A stretch of 64,000 nucleotides of DNA from Gammaproteobacteria bacterium. GTDB lineage: Bacteria; Pseudomonadota; Gammaproteobacteria; JAUZRS01. The notes below the pieces were generated by a model. The model made no database searches. It saw only the letters and a list, made by a program, of their open reading frames with translations, and had not been told where the DNA came from. How positions within the stretch are numbered: the stretch's first letter is position 1; each line of letters begins with the position of its first letter. Shown piece by piece: positions 55,647 through 64,000 of this stretch. The stretch is from contig JAUZSP010000002.1 in NCBI GenBank assembly GCA_030949385.1, positions 200,534 through 264,533 of the forward strand. The letters are read 5' to 3'. The position numbers and the translations under genes are program-made.

Positions 55647-55924
55647 GAGGGTTCGCTGTTTTTCATGGCGGCCAACTCCTCTTCTACTTCACCCAGCTCG
55701 GTGAGCAGCGCCAAGGTTTTTTCAGCCTCGTCAGCATCAATGCGGCTCATGGCGAACCCCACATGCACCAGCACCCAATCGCCGATGCACTGTTCTGGTG
55801 GGTGTTGTGGGTCAATAATGCAAGCAATGTTAATCGGGCGTTGAATGCCTGCCACATCAACTTTGGCCATGAGTGTGTCGTGGTCGAGAATCTCAATGAT
55901 CTGACCTGGAATGCCAAGGCACAT
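55643..55924 (-). CDS. hypC: [NiFe]-hydrogenase maturation chaperone HypC
   Basis: N-terminal MCLGIPGQI (essential Cys2). About 93 aa. Confidence 0.9.
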   Translation of the reverse strand: MCLGIPGQIIEILDHDTLMAKVDVAGIQRPINIACIIDPQHPPEQCIGDWVLVHVGFAMSRIDADEAEKTLALLTELGEVEEELAAMKNSEPS

Positions 55925-55931
55925 AAGGTGG

Positions 55932-58250
55932 TTACTCCCCTCTTTGTTGAGCTGCGCCAATCAGGGCTTGGCCAAAGGCCAAACCTCCGTCGTTGGCGGG
56001 CAGCATTTGATGGCTGAAGACCGTGAGGCCGTTCTGTTGCAAACCTTCTGTAACGGACTCCAGCAGTGTGCGGTTCTGAAACACGCCGCCGCTGAGGACA
56101 ACCTGTTTCAGTGTTTCTTTTTTCGCCAGTTTGGTGGCCATTTTGACTACGCTGTTCGCCAGCCCTTGATGAAAGCGGTAGGCCACCACGCCGACGGGAA
56201 CGCCTTGCTGAAGCTCTTTGAGCAGAGGCTGCCAGAGAGGGGTGGGATCCAATTGCCACAGCGCTTGATCTGTTTGGATAGCAAAAGGGTAGGCGTGGTT
56301 CCTTGGTTTTTCATCAGAGGTGATGGCGGCTTCCAATGCGCTGGCTGCTTGGCCTTCGTAACTGCATTGGGTTGGAGCCAGTCCCAGTGCGGCGGCCACG
56401 GCATCAAACAGGCGACCCATAGAGCTGGCGTTGGGGCTGTTGAGCTGCTGTTCGATCATGCGTTGAAGAGTGGCCAGTGGTTTTTTGTTCAGCTCTTGTA
56501 AGGCGCTTAGGTCGGCAAATTGTGTGTTTATTTCTGCCCAGCCGACGGCGTGCAGTTGCGCAAAAAGATTGCGCCACGGCTCTCGCATCGCCTGCGCGCC
56601 GCCCAGCAAGGGCATGGTTTTTAGGTGCGCCAGCCGTGTTGCCTGTCGGTAGTTGGCGCGTAGAAATTCCCCGCCCCAAAGCTGTCCATCAGCAGCGTAA
56701 CCCAGACCATCAAAGACAATCCCGAGCAGCGGCGGATGTTGGCGCGGCAAGTGATGTTCGCCCATGCAGGCGGCGATGTGGGCGTGGTGGTGCTGTACTT
56801 CGATCAGCGGCAGTTGCTGCTGTTCTGCCCAGTCACGACCCAATTTACTGCTGAGGTATTCGGGGTGTTGGTCAATGATCAGTTGGCTGGGTTGGTGGGC
56901 GAAGAGCTGTTGATAGAGTTGCAGGTGGTGTTGATAGTCGTCGTAGTGGTGCAGGGACTCTAGATCGCCAATGTGCTGTGAAAGGGTCGCGCTGCCACTC
57001 TGCAACAGGCAAAAAGTGTTTTTTAACTCGCCACCAAAGGCCAGCAGAGGGGGGCTGTGTTCAAAACCGGCGGGCAGTTTTAACTGCTCTGGGGCGTAAC
57101 CGCGCCCGCGCCGCAGCAGACGCACTTTGCCCGCCATAAAACGACCAACCGAATCGTCGATGCGGTTTTCTATATGGCGATTGTGGAGTAAAAATCCCTC
57201 TGCAAGGGGGGCGAGCTGCATTAATGCGGATTCGTTATCAATGCATTGAGGTTCACCGCTGCGGTTGGCTGAGGTGAGCACAATGGGCTGCGTCAGTTTC
57301 GCCATGAGCAGATGGTGCAGTGGTGAGTGGGGCAGCATAACGCCCCACAGGCGCTGCTGCGGTGCGAGGTTGTCGGGCAGGGCGTTGAGCTGTCGAGGAC
57401 GGAGAAGCAGAATCGGTGCGGCACTGCTCTGTAGGCTCTGTCGCTCTGCGGCGTTTAGGTGGCAGTACTGTTCGACTTGTTGGGTATTTTTAGCCATCAT
57501 CGCCAAGGGTTTGTCGGGGCGACCTTTGCGCTGGCGCAGGCGTTCGATGCTCTGCTTATTGTGAGCATCACAGGCGAGGTGAAAGCCGCCAATGCCTTTG
57601 ATGGCAATGATGTTGCCTGCGCGCAGTTCCGCTGCCGTGCGCAGCAGAGCGTGATGTTGCTCGGCTTGCGGTTCGCCGCTGCTGTTGAGGTAGCTCAGTT
57701 GGGGGCCGCAGTCGGGGCAGGCGATGGGTTGAGCGTGAAAACGGCGGTCGGCGGGGGTATCGTACTCCGCTTGGCAGCGTTGGCAGAGGGGGAAGCAGGC
57801 CATGCTGGTCTGTTGTCGATCATAAGGAATGGCTTTTATGATGGAGAAGCGTGGGCCGCAGTGGGTGCAGTTTAAGAAAGGATATTGAAACCGCGCTTCT
57901 TGAGGGTTGTTTAACTCTTGCAGACAGGCTTCACAGGTGGCGGCGTCGGCCACCACACCCGTTTGAATGGTGTGTTGTTGGCTTGGCAAAATGACAAAGC
58001 CACGGTCAATCTCGGTGTGCAGTGGACGGCTCTGTAGCTGGTCGATGCGCGCTAAGGGCGGGCACTGTTCTGTGAGTTGTTGCTGAAAAAGATCGAGGCG
58101 TTTGCGCTCGCCTTCAAGCTGGATTAAGACCCCTTGGCCGTCGTTGCAGACGCTGCCGTTGAGCTGTAGCGCGGTGGCCAAGCGCCAAACCGTGGGGCGA
58201 AAGCCCACCCCTTGTACCCGACCTGAGACCCGTATTTCGATGCTGATCAT
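55932..58250 (-). CDS. hypF: Carbamoyltransferase HypF
   Basis: N-terminal acylphosphatase domain (IRVSGRVQGVGFRP), two CxxC...CxxC zinc-finger pairs, YrdC-like and Kae1-like carbamoyltransferase domains. Confidence 0.9.
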   Translation of the reverse strand: MISIEIRVSGRVQGVGFRPTVWRLATALQLNGSVCNDGQGVLIQLEGERKRLDLFQQQLTEQCPPLARIDQLQSRPLHTEIDRGFVILPSQQHTIQTGVVADAATCEACLQELNNPQEARFQYPFLNCTHCGPRFSIIKAIPYDRQQTSMACFPLCQRCQAEYDTPADRRFHAQPIACPDCGPQLSYLNSSGEPQAEQHHALLRTAAELRAGNIIAIKGIGGFHLACDAHNKQSIERLRQRKGRPDKPLAMMAKNTQQVEQYCHLNAAERQSLQSSAAPILLLRPRQLNALPDNLAPQQRLWGVMLPHSPLHHLLMAKLTQPIVLTSANRSGEPQCIDNESALMQLAPLAEGFLLHNRHIENRIDDSVGRFMAGKVRLLRRGRGYAPEQLKLPAGFEHSPPLLAFGGELKNTFCLLQSGSATLSQHIGDLESLHHYDDYQHHLQLYQQLFAHQPSQLIIDQHPEYLSSKLGRDWAEQQQLPLIEVQHHHAHIAACMGEHHLPRQHPPLLGIVFDGLGYAADGQLWGGEFLRANYRQATRLAHLKTMPLLGGAQAMREPWRNLFAQLHAVGWAEINTQFADLSALQELNKKPLATLQRMIEQQLNSPNASSMGRLFDAVAAALGLAPTQCSYEGQAASALEAAITSDEKPRNHAYPFAIQTDQALWQLDPTPLWQPLLKELQQGVPVGVVAYRFHQGLANSVVKMATKLAKKETLKQVVLSGGVFQNRTLLESVTEGLQQNGLTVFSHQMLPANDGGLAFGQALIGAAQQRGE

Positions 58251-58251
58251 A

Positions 58252-59706
58252 TCAGTGAACCGTGCAGACCATGCAGGGATCAAAAGAGCGCACCACATGT
58301 TGCACCGCTACGGAGGTGCGATTGTCATCACTCAGTGGGGTGCCAACCAGGGCTTGTTCCAGTGCGCCTGGTTGTTCTTTTTCATCTCGGGGAGAGAAGT
58401 TCCAAGTGGTGGGGGCGATGATCTGATAGTTGATAATGTGACCGTGTTTGACTCGAATCCAATGGCCAAGACTGCCCCGAGCGGCTTCCACAAGGCCGTA
58501 GCCTTCTCCTTCGTCAGGCATCTTCGCTTGTTGAATAAAGGCTTCGTCAATGCGGATGTTTTTTGCCCAGCGTTCCATTTCTGGCAGCACCCGCGCCAAT
58601 TCCAGTAGGCGTGCCACCACGCGGTTTTGCACATTGCCACCGCTTTCTTTCACCAAGCCGTTGATCATCGGCTGGCGATCGAGTAGCTGACGAGCGAGGG
58701 CACCGACTTCCATGACGTGACCGTCGTAACGGGGAGCTTTGCACCAACTGTAGGCGTTGGCGGCATCGGCATCGGGTTCGGTGCTGCCTTGATAGGGGTG
58801 TTTTGGGCTGCGTTGGGCGTGCATCCAGCTGTGTTTTATATCTTCGCTGATGGCTTTGCTGTCAAAAGGCTGTGGTTTGCTGTGCCAAACACCGGCTTGA
58901 AACAGGTTGGTTTGTGGGGCTGTTTCATAGGCACCGTAGCTGAGAAAACGGTCGTTGGCGCGTCCCAGTTGCTCAAGGTCTAAGCGTTTGCAGAGCATTA
59001 AAAATTGGCCGAAGTCGCTCTGTGGGTGTTGCTCTGCCCATGCCCAAAGCGCGTCGCTGTTGTGCAATTCGGCGACCTGTTCCAGTGGTGCGCCAAACAG
59101 GGTGTTTTGCAAAAATTGGCGAAAACTGCCCAGCAGAGTGATTAGCTTAATGCGTTCACGAGCGTCGATGGCGCAGGTGGTGCCGCCCGGTTGCAGTGCC
59201 AGTGAGTGTGGCCAGCGTCCGGCCAACAGCCCTGTGAGCTGTAAAAATTGGGAGCGTGCGGGCAGCGCGTCTCGTGAGGCGCTGCCGCGCTGGGCGGCAA
59301 AGCGGCGGTGAATGGTTTCGAACCACGGCTCTTTTTGGTACACCTCACGGGCAAAATCGGGCATAAAAAAGAGATAAAAGTGGGAGAGGTGATCGGCCAT
59401 ATTTTCGCAGGCGAGAATCAAATTGGTGGCCAGTCGCCCGTTGTCGGTGTAACCAACGCCTTGCAGGTCGGCCAGCGCGCGTGAGGCAGCTACGGATTGG
59501 GAGACGGAGCAGATGCCGCAGATGCGTGGGGTGTAGACCAGTGCATCCTGTGGGTTTTTTCCCACGAGCATCTGTTCAAACCCTCGGTAGAGGGGGGAGT
59601 TGACCCAGGCACGGCTGACTCGTCCATCGTGCTCTTCAATTTGTACTTCGAGGTCGCCTTCAACGCGGTTAAAAGGGCCAAAGATGCGGCGGCTGGGCTG
59701 TTTCAT
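58252..59706 (-). CDS. hupV: H2-sensing regulatory [NiFe]-hydrogenase large subunit (HoxC/HupV type)
   Basis: N-terminal RICGICSVSQ (RxCGxC) and C-terminal DPCMVCTVH that ends the protein with no C-terminal extension. About 484 aa. Coupled to a signal-less small subunit and a kinase/regulator pair. Confidence 0.8.
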   Translation of the reverse strand: MKQPSRRIFGPFNRVEGDLEVQIEEHDGRVSRAWVNSPLYRGFEQMLVGKNPQDALVYTPRICGICSVSQSVAASRALADLQGVGYTDNGRLATNLILACENMADHLSHFYLFFMPDFAREVYQKEPWFETIHRRFAAQRGSASRDALPARSQFLQLTGLLAGRWPHSLALQPGGTTCAIDARERIKLITLLGSFRQFLQNTLFGAPLEQVAELHNSDALWAWAEQHPQSDFGQFLMLCKRLDLEQLGRANDRFLSYGAYETAPQTNLFQAGVWHSKPQPFDSKAISEDIKHSWMHAQRSPKHPYQGSTEPDADAANAYSWCKAPRYDGHVMEVGALARQLLDRQPMINGLVKESGGNVQNRVVARLLELARVLPEMERWAKNIRIDEAFIQQAKMPDEGEGYGLVEAARGSLGHWIRVKHGHIINYQIIAPTTWNFSPRDEKEQPGALEQALVGTPLSDDNRTSVAVQHVVRSFDPCMVCTVH

Positions 59707-60713
59707 TGGCTGGGTTCTTTTTTCAAAATGCGTGGCGGAGCAACGATGTGATCGGCCACCGCGTTCTCTTTTAGTCGAGCGGGAGTGGCGGCTTTGGAGA
59801 GTGAGGACAACGCCACAAACCACGCTTTGGGCATGTCGATGGGCAGCCCGATAGGAATACCGGCTATTTTTGGGGTTTGATGGAAGCTGTGGCCAGGTTC
59901 TTCGAACTCCGGCGCGGTGCAGTTGATGCAGGCAAAACCGCCTTTGATGCAGGAGCCTTCGCCGTTCCAAGGGCGACGGTTGCAGTCGGCGTGAGCTTGA
60001 GTGCCGAGGCAGCCTAAATTTTCCATCATGCAGCCTTGATCTGAGGGCTGTTCTGCACTGGCTTTAAATTCGTAAAACTCGTTGCGGTTGCAGCCGTGAT
60101 GCACCAAGTGATTGGTGTAACTGCGAGGGCGGTTCAGCTCGTCTAAGTGACGTTGATCCAGCTCGCCCATGGCCAGTTGGATCAACGTATCTGTGACCCA
60201 GCCCGGATGGGTGGGGCAACCAGCTACATTGATGACGGGCAGTCCAGCTGGGCTGAGCCACGTTTCACCGAGCAGGCCGCCCGGTTCGATGCCGTCGTAT
60301 TGCAGGCCGCAGGCATCGGTGGGGTTACCGCCGCCGCTGGTGATGCCGCCAAAGGCCGCACAACTGCCGATGGCCAAGGTGTAGTGGGCTTTTTCCACCA
60401 GCTCTTGCAGCCAGTGCATCATGGGACGACCGCTGCCCGCGAGCATGTGAAAACGGCCGCTGCCATTGGGGCCGCGCATCACCGAGCCTTCCAAGCAGAG
60501 GGCGTCCAGTGGCTGCTGATCGTTGAGGATGGCGCGCAGCAGGTCGAGAAAATCTTCACAACTGGCTTCGCTCAGAGAGGGGTGCCAGAGCAGCTCGATG
60601 TTGGCCAGTTCGAGGGTGCTGTAGAGATCGGGGTGTTCGGCGTTAAGCAGCGACATGCTACAGCCACCGCAGCCGCCGGACTGCAACCAGAGCAGGCGAA
60701 AGGGGCGGCTCAT
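59703..60713 (-). CDS. hupU: H2-sensing regulatory [NiFe]-hydrogenase small subunit (HoxB/HupU type), no Tat signal
   Basis: Begins MSRPFRLLWLQSGGCGGCSMS, so the proximal FeS cluster motif follows directly with no RRxFxK Tat leader. Further Cys clusters GSCAAFGG, GCPTHP, CxxxxC. Confidence 0.8.
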   Translation of the reverse strand: MSRPFRLLWLQSGGCGGCSMSLLNAEHPDLYSTLELANIELLWHPSLSEASCEDFLDLLRAILNDQQPLDALCLEGSVMRGPNGSGRFHMLAGSGRPMMHWLQELVEKAHYTLAIGSCAAFGGITSGGGNPTDACGLQYDGIEPGGLLGETWLSPAGLPVINVAGCPTHPGWVTDTLIQLAMGELDQRHLDELNRPRSYTNHLVHHGCNRNEFYEFKASAEQPSDQGCMMENLGCLGTQAHADCNRRPWNGEGSCIKGGFACINCTAPEFEEPGHSFHQTPKIAGIPIGLPIDMPKAWFVALSSLSKAATPARLKENAVADHIVAPPRILKKEPSQ

Positions 60714-62086
60714 GGAGCGACCTGCAGAGGCAGGGTGAGACGAAACAGCGCGCCTCCGTTGGGGTGGTTTTCGGCTTGCAGTTGGCCTTGGCACTGTTCT
60801 GTGGCGAGGTTGTAGCTGATGTAGAGACCTAAACCGGTGCCTTGCCCGACCTCTTTGGTGGTGAAAAAGGGGTCGAAGATGCGCAGCAAGTGCGTTTCAG
60901 ATATGCCGTCGCCGTGATCGTGAATTTCAATGACGGCGTGCTCTGCGTGCTGCGTGAGCTGTATGTCGATACGGGGAGTATCGGATTGCTGTACCGCATC
61001 GGTGGCGTTTTGCAGCAGATTGATTAGGACTTGATGTAAATAACCTTTATAGCCGTAGATTTCTACAGTTTCATCGGCATCAATGTTCAGTTGTGGGCTT
61101 TTACGTTGGGCTTTTATGACCCAATCCGCAGTGGTACGAATGACGGCGATGAGATTGAAATACTGGGCTTGTTGTTGATTGGGAGTGGAAAAACGGCGCA
61201 GTTCTTCGACGATCTCTCGTACCCGTTCAGCGCCTTCCAGCGAGCCGTCAATGAGGGAGCCGATGTCGCGCAACAGCGGGTCGATGCGCAGTCGCTCTCG
61301 CAGCTCTTGATGTTGTTGGCAGGTGTTGTTGGCATGAATGGCGGCCAGATATTCGCTGAGGCGCTGTTCGTAACGCCGCAAGGCGTGCATGTTGCCGAAG
61401 ACAAAGCTGATGGGGTTGTTGAGTTCGTGGGCGACCCCTGAAACCAACTGCCCTAAAGAGGCCATTTTTTCTGATTGTACCAGTTGATGCTGGGTGGTGC
61501 GCAGTTGTTTGTGGGTGTTTTTTAGTTCTTGATAGGCGTGCCGTAATTCACCTAATGGGCGACCGGTGATGACCAGACCGGAGAGACGACCTTTCTGTTC
61601 AAAGCGCGGTGTGCAGTTGATCGCAATGGGCACGCCGTGTTGATGTTGGGTGCGCAGTTCGACTTCGCAGTCGGTGACGGTGTGTTCGCGGATGTGCTCG
61701 GCAAAATCTTCCACCTGTTCGGCGTAGTCGGGCATAAACAGGCTGGCCAGTGGTTGACCTTTGAGCTCTTTGGCGCTTTGGCCGATGAGCGATTCGAGTG
61801 AGTGGTTGACCTGTTGTATTTTACCGCGAATGTCGGCCACGATGAGCACGTCACTCATGGAGGAGATGACGCTGCTGATAAAGCGTTGGGCGTTTTCCAG
61901 TGAGGTGTTTTTCTGCTCCAACTCGACTTGGTGATTTACCAGGTCGGCGTAGATCTGATCCATGCGTTGGATCACTTCGATCCATGCGCTTTCGTCGAGG
62001 CTGATGGCGGGGTTGGGGGTTACCTCTGCCTGTGCCATGAGTCCTTTCATATGGTTTTCTGCCTTGTTGTTGAGAACGATTCTCAA
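60710..62086 (-). CDS. hupT: PAS-domain sensor histidine kinase (HoxJ/HupT type)
   Basis: PAS region, H-box VSGVAHELNNPISFV, N/G boxes (LLQNATDA, DHGDGI, GTGLGLYIS). ATGA overlap with hupU. Confidence 0.8.
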   Translation of the reverse strand: MRIVLNNKAENHMKGLMAQAEVTPNPAISLDESAWIEVIQRMDQIYADLVNHQVELEQKNTSLENAQRFISSVISSMSDVLIVADIRGKIQQVNHSLESLIGQSAKELKGQPLASLFMPDYAEQVEDFAEHIREHTVTDCEVELRTQHQHGVPIAINCTPRFEQKGRLSGLVITGRPLGELRHAYQELKNTHKQLRTTQHQLVQSEKMASLGQLVSGVAHELNNPISFVFGNMHALRRYEQRLSEYLAAIHANNTCQQHQELRERLRIDPLLRDIGSLIDGSLEGAERVREIVEELRRFSTPNQQQAQYFNLIAVIRTTADWVIKAQRKSPQLNIDADETVEIYGYKGYLHQVLINLLQNATDAVQQSDTPRIDIQLTQHAEHAVIEIHDHGDGISETHLLRIFDPFFTTKEVGQGTGLGLYISYNLATEQCQGQLQAENHPNGGALFRLTLPLQVAP

Positions 62087-63573
62087 GGATGTTGGCCGTT
62101 GTTTTTGTTTTTGATTTTGTCGATGCCTTCGATCTGTTCGAGTCCGTAGCGTTCAAGTTTGTTGCGCAGACCGACGCGGGAGAGGCCGAGCTCTTCGGCG
62201 GTGTGGGTTTTGTTCCAATGGTGACGAATCAAAGACTCTTTGACGATGCGTGCTTCTAAGGCTTCCATGCGCTGTTTGAGGCTGCCTTCAACCTGTTGTA
62301 GAACGGAAAGGTCTTTTTCTTGTTCGTTGTTGCCGCCGTGCAGAATTTGGGTCGAAATCAGGTCGGCATCCAAGCGGTTCTCTGGGGCTAAGATCAACAT
62401 GCGTTTCAGCTCGTTTTGCAGCTCGCGTACGTTGCCAGGCCAGTGGTAGGTGGTAAGGCAGTCGATGGCCTCTTTGCTGATGCCGCTGATGGGTTTGCCC
62501 AGCTGCGCTTGCAGCTCTTCAAGAATGGAGTGAACCAAGATGGGGATGTCTTCTTTGCGTGCGCGTAGCGACGGAATGGGAATGATAAAGGTAGCCAGTC
62601 GGTAATAGAGGTCTTCACGAAAACGACCGGCTTGAACTTCGGCTTCTAGGTCACGGTTGGTGGCGGCAATGACACGTACATCGACGGTTCGGCGGCGATT
62701 GCTGCCGATAGGACGGATCTCACCCTCTTGCAGTACTCGCAGCAGTTTGACCTGAAAAGCGGGGGAGATTTCACCGATTTCATCGAGAAAAAGAGTGCCG
62801 CCGTCGGCCAGTTCAAACAGCCCTACACGGTCTTCGTAAGCGCCGGTAAAGGCGCCCCGTTTGTAGCCGAACAGCTCACTTTCCAGTAGTTCGTCGTTGA
62901 GTGCGCCGCAGTTTTCCGCCACAAAGGCGCGTTCTTGGCGCAGGCTGTTGTAGTGTAAGGAGCGAGCGCAAAGTTCTTTGCCAGTGCCTGATTCACCACT
63001 GAGAAGCACGTTGACATCAAAGGGGGCTACTCGGCGTACTAGGCGGCAGATTTCGTTCATGCAGCTGGTGTCGCTGCGAATAATGCCTTGATCACCCTTG
63101 AATTTCTGTTGCAATTGTTGGCGTTTGGCGGCGATGTCATCGGCTAGGATTTTGGGGTGCAATTTGAGTTCGCTGGAGAGCACTGAGTTTTGTTGTTGTA
63201 GGTAATACAGCTCGACCGCGTTACGAATTTTCAACAGTAGTTTTTCTGGATGCCAAGGTTTGTTGATGTACTGATATATGGCCGCTTGGTTAATGGCTTC
63301 AATCAGGTCGTTTGAGTCGGTGTAACCGGAGATGATAATGCGGATCACATCGGGCCACTGCTTACGTACTTTACTAAGGCATTCTAACCCCGACATGCCT
63401 GGCATACGTTGGTCGCATAAAATCACCTGCACCCATTCTCGCTCCAGCAAGGCGTGAGCTTCACTGGCGTTGAGGGCGGTCAGTACTTCGAACTCCTCTT
63501 CCAGAGTACGCCGCAGAGTCTCTAGAGAGCGAAGCTCATCATCAACCACCAAAATGGTGGGCAGAGTGCTCAT
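62083..63573 (-). CDS. hupR: Sigma54-dependent (NtrC-family) response regulator (HoxA/HupR type)
   Basis: Receiver domain (ILVVDDE...DQRMPGMSG), AAA+ sigma54-interaction domain ([14 protein letters not shown]), C-terminal HTH. ATGA overlaps on both sides. Confidence 0.8.
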   Translation of the reverse strand: MSTLPTILVVDDELRSLETLRRTLEEEFEVLTALNASEAHALLEREWVQVILCDQRMPGMSGLECLSKVRKQWPDVIRIIISGYTDSNDLIEAINQAAIYQYINKPWHPEKLLLKIRNAVELYYLQQQNSVLSSELKLHPKILADDIAAKRQQLQQKFKGDQGIIRSDTSCMNEICRLVRRVAPFDVNVLLSGESGTGKELCARSLHYNSLRQERAFVAENCGALNDELLESELFGYKRGAFTGAYEDRVGLFELADGGTLFLDEIGEISPAFQVKLLRVLQEGEIRPIGSNRRRTVDVRVIAATNRDLEAEVQAGRFREDLYYRLATFIIPIPSLRARKEDIPILVHSILEELQAQLGKPISGISKEAIDCLTTYHWPGNVRELQNELKRMLILAPENRLDADLISTQILHGGNNEQEKDLSVLQQVEGSLKQRMEALEARIVKESLIRHHWNKTHTAEELGLSRVGLRNKLERYGLEQIEGIDKIKNKNNGQHP

Positions 63574-64000
63574 AAGGCGTTCTTGGCCTCGGCTGACGTG
63601 ATGTCGTGTTGCAGTGGATGACCGATGAGACGCATGGCACGGTTGGCGCGTAACCAGTCGTACCATTGCGACATGCCTTCACCGCTGCGCGCAGAAAGTT
63701 GCAGTACCTGTAGGCTGGGATTGACCCGTCGTGCGTATTCGATGCACTTTTCCATGTCAAAATCGAGGTAGGGCAGCAGGTCGATTTTATTGATCAGCAT
63801 CAGGTCGGCGGCGTGGAACATGTCGGGGTATTTGATCGGTTTGTCTTCGCCTTCGGTGACGGAGAGAATGGCGACTTTATGCGCTTCTCCTAGATCAAAG
63901 GCCGCTGGACAGACCAAATTTCCGACGTTTTCGATAAACAGCAGTGCGCCTGCCTCGGGGGCGAGGCTCTGTAGTGCGTGGCCAACTTGATGGGCGTCCA
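63570..64000 (-). CDS. hypB: Hydrogenase nickel-incorporation GTPase HypB (C-terminal part; N-terminus beyond the window)
   Basis: [22 protein letters not shown] and C-terminal LSARSGEGM blocks of HypB/UreG-type GTPases. Stop TGA overlaps the hupR ATG. Confidence 0.85.
   Translation of the reverse strand, partial: DAHQVGHALQSLAPEAGALLFIENVGNLVCPAAFDLGEAHKVAILSVTEGEDKPIKYPDMFHAADLMLINKIDLLPYLDFDMEKCIEYARRVNPSLQVLQLSARSGEGMSQWYDWLRANRAMRLIGHPLQHDITSAEAKNAL

Noticed and set aside
58252-60713. Interpreting the hydrogenase as the energy-conserving membrane-bound uptake enzyme
   Set aside because: The small subunit lacks a twin-arginine leader and the large subunit lacks the C-terminal peptide removed by the maturation protease. 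Together with the adjacent kinase and regulator this fits the cytoplasmic H2 sensor class.

Overview
This 64 kb window reads as chromosomal DNA from a Gram-negative, probably gammaproteobacterial, chemolithotroph. Several gene orders match E. coli: metY(tRNA-fMet)-rimP-nusA-infB-rbfA-truB-rpsO-pnp, rpoD followed by a CAU-anticodon tRNA like ileX, and ampD-ampE. Most genes are housekeeping. Three features stand out. (1) At 1-6.2 kb a four-gene cluster (HdrA-like flavoprotein, HdrA/ferredoxin/MvhD fusion, HdrC-like, HdrB-like) looks like the QmoAB-HdrCB form of the quinone-interacting membrane-bound oxidoreductase known from Gram-positive sulfate reducers. It sits divergent from a CbbQ/NorQ-type AAA+ ATPase and no aprBA is in the window. 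(2) At 52.7-64 kb one minus-strand operon runs hypB-hoxA/hupR-hoxJ/hupT-hoxB/hupU-hoxC/hupV-hypF-hypC-SIS(GmhA paralog)-hypD-hypE. That is a complete H2-sensing regulatory [NiFe]-hydrogenase cascade embedded in the maturation operon, with ATGA stop/start overlaps at most junctions. A phosphoheptose-isomerase-like SIS protein is translationally coupled between hypC and hypD. (3) At 26-36 kb an accessory-looking stretch carries a FecR-SPOR protein, secreted DUF proteins, a poly-C lipoprotein and a hybrid HK - REC/PAS - ArsR - cupin operon. Four genes (qmoB, queG, infB, lipoprotein) have single-base frame disruptions. Three of them (qmoB, infB, lipoprotein) lie at short homopolymer runs; none was seen at the queG site. 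That pattern suggests assembly indel errors, or alternatively pseudogenes or a phase-variable tract. No CRISPR array, IS element or prophage was recognised. Protein-family assignments rest on motif recognition by eye; no database search was run.
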